DNA from: Candidatus Onthovivens sp.
GTDB lineage: Bacteria; Bacillota_I; Bacilli_A; RFN20; CAG-826
NCBI GenBank assembly: GCA_035270825.1
Contig: DATESL010000025.1
Location: 914 to 64,913 of the forward strand
Reading direction: 5' to 3'
DNA: 64,000 nt
Shown here one piece after another: positions 19,205 to 27,591 of the stretch. The translations under genes and the position numbers were made by a program. The notes beneath the pieces were generated by a model. The model worked only from the letters and a program-made list of their open reading frames with translations. It searched no databases and was not told the DNA's origin. The first letter of the stretch is position 1; each line of letters starts with the position of its first letter.

Positions 19205-20422
19205 TTATTTTATTAGATGATTTAAATCAAAAATTAAGACTGAATTCTCATCAATTATTGGTTCTTTTTGATAGCGTGGAATATATAATAATTTCCCCCT
19301 AAAATCATAAATTCCAGGCCAGATTTTACGGTATTCTCGAGGCAGTTTCATTGCTTTAAACATATTAGAAATGTTACGAACTTTACCATCTATTTTATAG
19401 AGGTCTGTTTTCTCATTTACTGGTCTAACAAAGAGGGCCTTTCCACGTAATTGAGTGCGGAAAACCTCCGATTTTGTATTAATTTTAAAGACCGTTCCAC
19501 GATTTAAAGTAATATTATAACTGTATTTAAAATCATAGATCTTTGTGATTACTAACTCATCAAATTGATAGATAAAAGAAAGCTCGTTTGAAAGAGAAAT
19601 TGTGAAATATTTATGAGCTTTTATTTTGGTTTTTAGATCATTAATAAAGGCGATCCCAACTTCTTTATAAACATTGAATTTATTAAAAAAGATGATAAGT
19701 AGAAGTTGGGCTTTATTACTATCTAAATCTAAAAAGACCTGGGAATTCAGGCGATTTTCAATAATTAACTGACTTAATTCCTCATTAATTGCACGTTGCA
19801 ATTTATTTTTTCTATTAATTTCTTTTTCAATAATTCTTAAATCATTTATTTTAAGTTTACTGATATCACTACGAATTTTATTGCGTTTATAACGAAGGTC
19901 AAAATTAGATTTATCGATTGCAAATGGAATATTATTCTTCTTACAATAATCAAGTAGAGTCTTCTTACGATAAGCTAGTAAAGGCCTTATTATTTTAATC
20001 TCACCGTTATCAAATTCATTCTTTAATCCATAATATGCACAAACAGAATTACGTTGATCTTGGAGGATAAATGTTTCAATTAAATCATCATAATTATGGC
20101 CAATAAGGACGTTTCTAATCTTTGTTTTAAGTGCAATTTCCTTAAAAAAGTCATAGCGTTTTTCACGAGCCCAGGCTTCCATATTGCCATCGCTTTTTGG
20201 ATCATAATTTAAACTTTTTATATAGTATTTAATGTTCTTTTTTTCTAAAAACTTCTTTAGTTCCTTTTCTTCAAAATCGCTTTCATCTCGGAGGTGATAA
20301 TTACAAAAACAAACGATAAATTCATAATGTCCTTCCAGCAACATTCCAAGAAGCGCCATCGAATCTGGTCCAAAACTACATCCTAAAATATACTTTTCAT
20401 TTCTAGCTAATTTCATCATCAA
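19205..20422 (-). CDS. tilS: tRNA(Ile)-lysidine synthetase TilS
   Basis: N-type ATP-PPase with the PP-loop variant CSFGPDSMALL. Its position just upstream of ftsH is conserved in Firmicutes. Confidence 0.85.
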   Translation of the reverse strand: MMMKLARNEKYILGCSFGPDSMALLGMLLEGHYEFIVCFCNYHLRDESDFEEKELKKFLEKKNIKYYIKSLNYDPKSDGNMEAWAREKRYDFFKEIALKTKIRNVLIGHNYDDLIETFILQDQRNSVCAYYGLKNEFDNGEIKIIRPLLAYRKKTLLDYCKKNNIPFAIDKSNFDLRYKRNKIRSDISKLKINDLRIIEKEINRKNKLQRAINEELSQLIIENRLNSQVFLDLDSNKAQLLLIIFFNKFNVYKEVGIAFINDLKTKIKAHKYFTISLSNELSFIYQFDELVITKIYDFKYSYNITLNRGTVFKINTKSEVFRTQLRGKALFVRPVNEKTDLYKIDGKVRNISNMFKAMKLPREYRKIWPGIYDFRGKLLYIPRYQKEPIIDENSVLIFDLNHLIK

Positions 20423-20681
20423 TTACCTCAATTATTTCATCACTAAGAACAACATATAAATTGATCGATTCCTCCTTTTTAACATAAGGAGCCAATTCTT
20501 TAACTTTAATAGTAATTTTATGACGACCTAAAGATAACTCAACAACATCACCAACTTCAACCTCACTTGATGGTTTGGCAACTTTTCCGTTAATTAAAAA
20601 GAGGCCTCGATCAAGGAGATTTTTAGCAACCGTTCTTCTTTTAATCAATCTTGTAAGTTTTAGATACTTATCAATTCTCAT
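20403..20681 (-). CDS. S4-domain RNA-binding protein (YabO/Hsp15-like)
   Basis: MRIDKYLKLTRLIKRRTVAKNLLDRGLFLINGKVAKPS is an S4 domain. It overlaps the mfd end and the tilS start. Confidence 0.85.
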   Translation of the reverse strand: MRIDKYLKLTRLIKRRTVAKNLLDRGLFLINGKVAKPSSEVEVGDVVELSLGRHKITIKVKELAPYVKKEESINLYVVLSDEIIEVIDDEIS

Positions 20682-23600
20682 ATATTGAATTCCCTTCTTG
20701 ATGTTTTTGGTAAAGTTCTTCGATTATACTTATAACTTTTAAAAGAATTTCTAACCAATTATCTTTTTTATCAATACTTATTTGTAGACTCTTATTTATA
20801 TATGTTATTTTAATCATTTTGATATATTTAATTAAAGATGTAAAGAGAACAGTCCCAATTCCTTCAATATTAGAGAACTCATTAGATAAAAAGAGGGCAA
20901 TACGAGTTTCATATTCCTTTAATCCTTCAAATGCAGGATTTTTTATTCTGAGATCTAATTCTCTTTTTATAATAAGTAAGCTCATTGCTTCAGGAATACT
21001 TCCATACATATCACGAATTGTTTTTTTAAAGTGTTCTAATTCAAATAGATCTTTAACTTCTAATAGTTTTTGATAGAGTTCAATTTTATCACTATCATTA
21101 GCAAATTCATTTGGGATATAGCCACTTATTGAATGAAGATTAAGTGGTACTTCATCTTTTTTCTTAATAATCCCATTCTTTTTCTCTTCAACCGCTTCAT
21201 TAAGTAACTTTAAATATAAATCAATTCCAATATCATCAATAAATCCAGCTTGTTGTGGTCCTAAAATATCTCCAGCTCCACGAATAAGGAGGTCTCTTTG
21301 AGCGATTTTATATCCGCTTCCAAGTTCAGTAAAATCTTGAATTGCCTTCAATCTTTTACGACTAATTTCTTTTAATTCTCTTTTTGGATCAACCATTAAA
21401 TAAGCAAAAGCCATTCTATTTCCACGTCCTACTCTTCCCTTTATTTGATAAAGTTGAGCAAGTCCAAAACGGTCCGCATTTTCAACTAAAATGAGGTTTG
21501 CATTACGCACATCAATCCCGTTCTCAATAATTGAAGTTGCCATTAATAAATCAATATCACCTTGATAAAATTGAGTCATAATCAGATTTATTTCATTTTT
21601 AGGCATCTGTCCATGTACTACTCCTATACGACATTCAGGAATTAATTCCATAATTTGTTGAGCGCGACTATAAATTGTATATGTATTATTATGAATATAG
21701 TAAATTTGTCCTTCTCTGCCCATTTCTCGAAGAATTAATTCTTTTACAACACGTGGATCAAAGGGAACTACATATGTTTGAATAGGAATTCTCTCTTTTG
21801 GAGGTGTTTGAATCGTTGAAACACTCTTTAATCCAATTAAACTAGATTGAAGTGTACGAGGAATTGGGGTAGCGCTTAAGGTTAAAACATCAAGATTGTT
21901 TTTAAGCTCTTTAATCTTCTCTTTTTGTTCAACTCCAAATCGTTGTTCTTCATCAATAATTAATAAACCAAGTTCATTAAAAACGACTGATTTTCCAAGT
22001 ACTTTATGAGTTCCAATTAGAAGATCGATTTTTCCAAGGGCTAATCGATTCTTAATATCTTCAACTTCTTTAGGAGAATTAAACCTTGTTAAAATGGCAA
22101 TTTTAATATCAAAATTTTTAAATCGGACCAAAGAAACTTCATAGTGTTGCTTTGCTAAAAGGGTGGTTGGACATAACAAACATGCCTGTTTCCGGCTTAG
22201 AATTGCTTTGAATGCTGCTCTAAAGGCAATTTCAGTCTTTCCAAAACCAACATCACCACATAATAAACGGTCCATTGGTTTTTCAGATTCCATATCATCT
22301 TTAATCTCTCTAAGAGAACTTTCTTGATCTTTAGTTAAGGAGTGTTTAAAGTCAGCTTCAAATGCTCTTTGTAATTCCTCATCTTCTGCAAATTGAAATC
22401 CTTTAACTCTTGCTCTATCCTGATATAAAACAAGCAAACGATCTGCCAAATCATTAACTTTTTCTTTGATTTTTTGTTTGGTTTTTGACCATTGACCACC
22501 AGATAAGCTATTAAGTTTAGGAACGTTTCCTTCTCTGCCAACATATTTCCTAATTAAGTTAAAACTATATAAAGGAACAAATAAAGTATCGCCCTTATTA
22601 TATTTAATTTCTAAATAATCCTCGTTTTTCCCGCCTATATTTTTTGTTTGGATCCCAACATATTGCCCAATTCCATAAGATTCATGAACTACATAATCTC
22701 CAACATCTAATTCTTGATAAGAACCAAGAATAACACCCTCTCTAAATCTTGAAGAATAAAGAGAGTTAGAGTTTGTCTTTCCAAATAACTCTTTCGTCGT
22801 TAAAATTACGAATTGTTTTTCTTTAGATTCAACTCCAACATAGTAATTAAGTAACTCAAAAGTGATTGTCCCACTAAATTTATAATCCTTTAATAAATCG
22901 TCAATTATAATCTGTATCTTATCTCTTTGAACTTTGTTTTCTAGCGTGATAAAAATGTCATAATTTTGTTCAATATATTCCTTTAAAAGCAATTCATTGT
23001 TCTTTTTATATGCATCCGTAATCATGATTGGTCTAAGTGGGATATTTATTGAATCTTCATGAAGATAAAACTGATTAAAAATATAGTTTTCAGACCCAAA
23101 AGAGTTTGGTGATAAGCTTGCGTTGAAATAAGAAAGATTGGCAAGACTTTTTCCGTCTTCAAATAGTTCTAATAGGAATTCATTTGCCTCGCTCATCAAG
23201 AGTTTAGAAGAATTTTCAAACTCTTCTTCAGAAGCGTTAATAACAATATAGTTTGTTAAAAAATCAAGAATTGAATAGTGTTTATCTTGTAAAAATCCAT
23301 AATATTTATAGAGTTTTTGATCAATAACATTCTCGTTTAAAATTTCTATATCTTCTTGAAGTTGAGCCCTAAGCACAAATTCGGTGTGTTCGCTTAGTTT
23401 TCCTTGTATTTTGTCAAATTCTGCCATGATTTTTTCATTTATTGATGCCTTTTCACTAGCATTTAAAAGGTTGAGTGTTGCAGGTAAAATATTACACTCG
23501 CTAATTGAAGAAACTGAGACCTGTGTGCCTATGTCAAAAAGTCGAATTGATTCGATTTCATCGCCGAAAAACTCAATTCTAATTGGTAAGTCGTAATTTA

Positions 23601-24078
23601 GAGAATAGAAGTCTAAAACATCTCCACGAACAGCAAATTGTAGAGATTGATCTATCTTATTTACCTTATAATATCCTGCTTTTTGAAGTTTATTAGTTAG
23701 AGTGTCAATTTCAATTATTTCCCCAACTTTTAATCTGATAGAACTTTCCACGTATAAAGTTTTAGATGGATAATATTTATAAAAAGTCGAAGGTGAAATG
23801 ATGTAAATTTTATGATCTGAATTAAGCATTTCATTAATAGCAAAAATCTTCTGTGCCAGTATATCTTTAGACTCACTTATGTATTCTGCTCTGATTAATT
23901 CATCATCTGGAACAACAATTATGTCCTCTTTGGGTATTAAGGTGCTAAGGTTTTCAAAACTCTTCTGACATTTATATATATTAGAGCAAAGTAGGACAAT
24001 ATTTTGTCTACTTTCCTTGTATTTTTTATAGGTAAGAAAGGTTGAACCAATCTTTTCATCCACAACAAAATACCTCAA
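20671..24078 (-). CDS. mfd: Transcription-repair coupling factor Mfd
   Basis: Superfamily-2 translocase motifs (GDVGFGKTE, LIIDEEQRFG, LSATPIPRT, QLYQIKGRVGR). The ORF-track start is TTG at 24078 with no SD. The frame stays open up to 24150 and an SD-proximal ATA lies at 24135 (see findings). Confidence 0.93.
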   Translation of the reverse strand: MRYFVVDEKIGSTFLTYKKYKESRQNIVLLCSNIYKCQKSFENLSTLIPKEDIIVVPDDELIRAEYISESKDILAQKIFAINEMLNSDHKIYIISPSTFYKYYPSKTLYVESSIRLKVGEIIEIDTLTNKLQKAGYYKVNKIDQSLQFAVRGDVLDFYSLNYDLPIRIEFFGDEIESIRLFDIGTQVSVSSISECNILPATLNLLNASEKASINEKIMAEFDKIQGKLSEHTEFVLRAQLQEDIEILNENVIDQKLYKYYGFLQDKHYSILDFLTNYIVINASEEEFENSSKLLMSEANEFLLELFEDGKSLANLSYFNASLSPNSFGSENYIFNQFYLHEDSINIPLRPIMITDAYKKNNELLLKEYIEQNYDIFITLENKVQRDKIQIIIDDLLKDYKFSGTITFELLNYYVGVESKEKQFVILTTKELFGKTNSNSLYSSRFREGVILGSYQELDVGDYVVHESYGIGQYVGIQTKNIGGKNEDYLEIKYNKGDTLFVPLYSFNLIRKYVGREGNVPKLNSLSGGQWSKTKQKIKEKVNDLADRLLVLYQDRARVKGFQFAEDEELQRAFEADFKHSLTKDQESSLREIKDDMESEKPMDRLLCGDVGFGKTEIAFRAAFKAILSRKQACLLCPTTLLAKQHYEVSLVRFKNFDIKIAILTRFNSPKEVEDIKNRLALGKIDLLIGTHKVLGKSVVFNELGLLIIDEEQRFGVEQKEKIKELKNNLDVLTLSATPIPRTLQSSLIGLKSVSTIQTPPKERIPIQTYVVPFDPRVVKELILREMGREGQIYYIHNNTYTIYSRAQQIMELIPECRIGVVHGQMPKNEINLIMTQFYQGDIDLLMATSIIENGIDVRNANLILVENADRFGLAQLYQIKGRVGRGNRMAFAYLMVDPKRELKEISRKRLKAIQDFTELGSGYKIAQRDLLIRGAGDILGPQQAGFIDDIGIDLYLKLLNEAVEEKKNGIIKKKDEVPLNLHSISGYIPNEFANDSDKIELYQKLLEVKDLFELEHFKKTIRDMYGSIPEAMSLLIIKRELDLRIKNPAFEGLKEYETRIALFLSNEFSNIEGIGTVLFTSLIKYIKMIKITYINKSLQISIDKKDNWLEILLKVISIIEELYQKHQEGNSIYEN

Positions 24079-24146
24079 TGCATTTTTTGAGGGGGTATCA
24101 ACAAATGTTTCTAAAATTCGTTCAAATATTTCTATACTAATACCTC

Positions 24147-24701
24147 TTATTTATTGTAAATTGACATTGCTTTGTTAAAGCTCTCCTTTATATATATTTT
24201 TAAGGCATCAACAGCGTCAACTTCTGCCTCATTAATCAGTTCTCGGTCTTCTTTACTTGGTTTTCCTAAAACATAATTAATTACATCATACTCAGGCTTT
24301 CCAATTCCAACCTTAATTCGTTTAAAATCAACAGTTCCTAAATGATTAATAATAGATTCAAGACCATTATGACCACCACTTTTTCCACTGATCTTAATTT
24401 TTAATTTTCCAACTGGTATATCTAGATCGTCATTGATAATTACGATGTCTTCTAAATCAATTTTATAAAAATTAGCAGCGGCTTTAACACTAATCCCACT
24501 ATTATTCATAAAAGTAGATGGTTTTAAGAGAATTAGGTCTTCTCCAGCATACTTACATTTGCAATAAAGACCATTAAAACCTTCTTTTTCAATAATCTCT
24601 CCAATAGAATCAGCAAAAGCATCAATTACCTCAAAACCCACATTGTGTCGAGTTTTTTCATATGTCTTACCAATATTTCCAAGTCCTACAATTAATTTCA
24701 T
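24147..24701 (-). CDS. pth: Peptidyl-tRNA hydrolase
   Basis: MKLIVGLGNIG..Y..TRHNVGF and GGHNGLESI. Confidence 0.95.
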   Translation of the reverse strand: MKLIVGLGNIGKTYEKTRHNVGFEVIDAFADSIGEIIEKEGFNGLYCKCKYAGEDLILLKPSTFMNNSGISVKAAANFYKIDLEDIVIINDDLDIPVGKLKIKISGKSGGHNGLESIINHLGTVDFKRIKVGIGKPEYDVINYVLGKPSKEDRELINEAEVDAVDALKIYIKESFNKAMSIYNK

Positions 24702-24764
24702 ATCACAATTTTACAACAACTAAGTAATCTTTTAAATATATATGTAAAATAAAGTTAGACTATC

Positions 24765-24806
24765 TTGTCATTTTACTTTGACAAAAAAGTCAATTAGTAT
24801 TAATAT
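24765..24806 (+). promoter_or_regulatory. Promoter and candidate operator of the TetR / ABC-exporter operon
   Basis: -35 TTGACA (24778-24783), a 17-nt spacer, and -10 TAATAT (24801-24806). The inverted repeats TTGACaaaaaaGTCAA (24778-24793) and TTGTCA...TGACAA (24765-24784) overlap the -35. Confidence 0.55.
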
Positions 24807-24836
24807 ATCTATTTAAAGGTTATCGGAGGGTGAAAA

Positions 24837-25433
24837 ATGAAACACAGTTACAAAGAAAATTTGAAGATAAAAGATAAAAGAAGAACTGACATTTTAGATG
24901 CTGCTTTATTTCTTTTTGTTCATATGGGAAAAAGCGCCGTCTCAATGGATTCAATTTCAAAAAGAGCTAGATGCTCACATGGTTTAATCTATTATTATTA
25001 TAATAGTAAGGATGCTATTTTAGAGGCTCTTAGACAAGATGCTGAAAAAGTATTTAAAGGTCAATTTGAATTTATTAAAAAACAAGGACTTGAAGGATTA
25101 GAATTCTTTAAGGCTTTTACTAAAACAGTATTAGATGTTATTCAACAGGAAGAAAAAGAATCTTATTATATCGCCCTTTTCTTAACCAGTCTTTTAGAAA
25201 ATGAAGGTCATAACAATGATAAAATTACTAACTGGTTAGAACAACAAGTCATAAAAGAACAAAAACGAGGTATTTTTGAAGACGGAAATGCCCGTACTTA
25301 TCTTCTTTTATATTTCACATTATTAGATGGTTTAACAACTAGACAAATTAGAACAAAAAATGGCTTACCAAATCCTGATTTTAGGTTTATAGTTAATCTA
25401 TTCATAAAAAATGAGGAGGTTAGAAATGCATAA
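24837..25433 (+). CDS. TetR/AcrR-family transcriptional regulator
   Basis: N-terminal HTH RRTDILDAALFLFVHMGKSAVSMDSISKRARCSHGLIYYYY, followed by a helical C-terminal domain. Confidence 0.85.
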   Translation: MKHSYKENLKIKDKRRTDILDAALFLFVHMGKSAVSMDSISKRARCSHGLIYYYYNSKDAILEALRQDAEKVFKGQFEFIKKQGLEGLEFFKAFTKTVLDVIQQEEKESYYIALFLTSLLENEGHNNDKITNWLEQQVIKEQKRGIFEDGNARTYLLLYFTLLDGLTTRQIRTKNGLPNPDFRFIVNLFIKNEEVRNA

Positions 25434-27591
25434 ATTATTTCGTGTATTAATCAATAAATGGTATTTATTATTAATTGCTTTTTGTGCAATTATCGCACAA
25501 GTTTGGTTTCAATTAACATTACCTGAATTTACAGGTAATATTCAAAGTATTTTAAATGGTTTTGTTGGTGGTTCAAGCACAATTATTAACCCAATTTCGC
25601 AAATCGCCACAGTAATTCAAGGTCCAATTGAAACAGGAGAGGTTATTTCTCTTATTCTCGATCAAGGTGCTTGGATGCTTCTTGCTTGTGCCATTGTTTT
25701 AGTCTTAGCCTATGTCCAATTTTATTGCTCTTCCAAAATTGGGGCCTACTTAGGGCAAAGTTTACGTGAGAGATTATTTAAAAAGGTCAATACAATGACC
25801 CTCTCTCAATATAATCAATTTGGAACAGCAACATTAATCACTCGTACAACAAATGATATTGAAAGAATAAAATCATATGTTAGTATGGCAATTCGTATTA
25901 TGGTTATGGCTCCTACATTCATGGTTATTGGATTAATTAAAACATTAACATTTGAAGATCCAGGACCAAAATTAACAATTGTTTTATTAATCGCTATTCC
26001 TTTATTCCTTGTTGTATTAGTTTTAATTTTTATTGTTGCTTCCCCATTATTTAAAAAGTTGCAAGAAAGTACTGATAATATTACGATCGTTGTCCGTGAA
26101 AACTTAACCGGGGTGAGGGTTGTTCGAGCTTACAATCAACAAGCTGTTGAAGAACAAAAGTTTGATGATGTTAATAACGTTGCTACGAACCTTATTAAAA
26201 AGGTTGGTAAAACAATGAGTATTGCTAACCCCTCAATTAATATTATTTTCCACCTTTGTTTTATTGGAATTTATGGTTTTGGTTTTTACCTATTAACACA
26301 AATTGTTTTTCCAAGTTCTGATCCTTCAGCAATTCTTGGAACAATTGGTAATCAAATTCGTGTTATCAGTGTCGTTGCTCAATATTCTATGACAATCATG
26401 AACTCGTTTTTAATGTTTGCAATGATTATTATTATGGTTCCTCAAGCTGCTACTAGTGCAAAACGTGTTAATGAAGTCTTATCCTTACCAGATTTCTCTG
26501 TCGAAAACGATATTGAAAAAACTGAAAATAATTTACTAACAATCAAAAAATTCCTCCTTCATAAAGTTAAAGATGATTATAAAGCAAAACATAATAATGA
26601 AGTTTTATCTATTTCTTTATTAACAGAAAAATATGCTACTTTAACAGACGAGGAGAAAAAGAAAGATAAACAGTACAATGATTTCATTTACTATAAAAAG
26701 ATAGAAAATGAACTAAATCAAGCTATTATAGACGTGAAAAAGGGAGATTTTGATAGTTATACTGCATTATTAACTGATAACTTTAAGAAAATTAAAGAGC
26801 GTGGAGTTCTTGAATTTAGAAACGTAACATTCCAATATCCAGATGCTAATACTCCAACTATCTCTAATATTTCTTTTAAAACTGCACCAGGAAAAACTAC
26901 TGCTATTATTGGTTCGACTGGTAGTGGTAAATCATCCGTTATCAATTTAATTCCACGTTTTTACGATGTTACAAGTGGTGAAATCTTGCTTGATAATATT
27001 AACATTAATCTATTACCACAAAAGGTTTTGCGTCAACAAATTGGTTTTGTACCTCAACAAGCTGTTCTTTTTAGTGGAACGATTAGAGAAAACATAAGTT
27101 ATGGCAAAACTGATGCAACTGATGAAGAAATTCTTGAATCATTAAAGGTTGCTCAAGCTGAACACTTTATTTCTAAGCTGCCAGATGGGATTGACACTTT
27201 TGTTTCTCAAGGCGGTAAAAACTTCTCGGGAGGACAAAAACAACGTTTATCAATTGCTAGATGTTTAGTCCGTAAACCAGAATTATATGTTTTTGATGAT
27301 TCTTTTAGTGCCTTAGACTTTAAAACTGATGCTCAGCTTCGCCGTGCTTTGAAAACCTATACAAAAGATGCCACTGTAATTGTTGTTGCTCAAAGAGTTT
27401 CCTCGATTATGGACGCTGATAATATTCTTGTTATGAACGAAGGCTTATGTGTTGCTCAAGGCAAACACAATGAATTATTAAAGACTTGTAGTGTCTACCA
27501 AGATATTGTTAAATCTCAACTTGATCCAGATGAAGTTGCAAAAACCATCAAAATGAATAAAGAGATTTTAAAGGAAGGAGGAACTAAATAA
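25426..27591 (+). CDS. ABC exporter half-transporter (TMD-NBD) with a degenerate catalytic site and a long linker insertion
   Basis: Six-helix TMD, Walker A GSTGSGKSS, signature FSGGQKQR, and Walker B LYVFDDS (Asp where the catalytic Glu is expected). The likely start is ATG 25426, 6 nt after AGGAGG; the ORF track gives 25411. Confidence 0.9.
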   Translation: MHKLFRVLINKWYLLLIAFCAIIAQVWFQLTLPEFTGNIQSILNGFVGGSSTIINPISQIATVIQGPIETGEVISLILDQGAWMLLACAIVLVLAYVQFYCSSKIGAYLGQSLRERLFKKVNTMTLSQYNQFGTATLITRTTNDIERIKSYVSMAIRIMVMAPTFMVIGLIKTLTFEDPGPKLTIVLLIAIPLFLVVLVLIFIVASPLFKKLQESTDNITIVVRENLTGVRVVRAYNQQAVEEQKFDDVNNVATNLIKKVGKTMSIANPSINIIFHLCFIGIYGFGFYLLTQIVFPSSDPSAILGTIGNQIRVISVVAQYSMTIMNSFLMFAMIIIMVPQAATSAKRVNEVLSLPDFSVENDIEKTENNLLTIKKFLLHKVKDDYKAKHNNEVLSISLLTEKYATLTDEEKKKDKQYNDFIYYKKIENELNQAIIDVKKGDFDSYTALLTDNFKKIKERGVLEFRNVTFQYPDANTPTISNISFKTAPGKTTAIIGSTGSGKSSVINLIPRFYDVTSGEILLDNININLLPQKVLRQQIGFVPQQAVLFSGTIRENISYGKTDATDEEILESLKVAQAEHFISKLPDGIDTFVSQGGKNFSGGQKQRLSIARCLVRKPELYVFDDSFSALDFKTDAQLRRALKTYTKDATVIVVAQRVSSIMDADNILVMNEGLCVAQGKHNELLKTCSVYQDIVKSQLDPDEVAKTIKMNKEILKEGGTK

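Noticed and set aside
19205-20422. TilS PP-loop reads SFGPDS instead of SGGxDS
   Set aside because: This is a conservative variation within an otherwise normal N-type ATP pyrophosphatase domain, and it is not enough to suggest loss of function.
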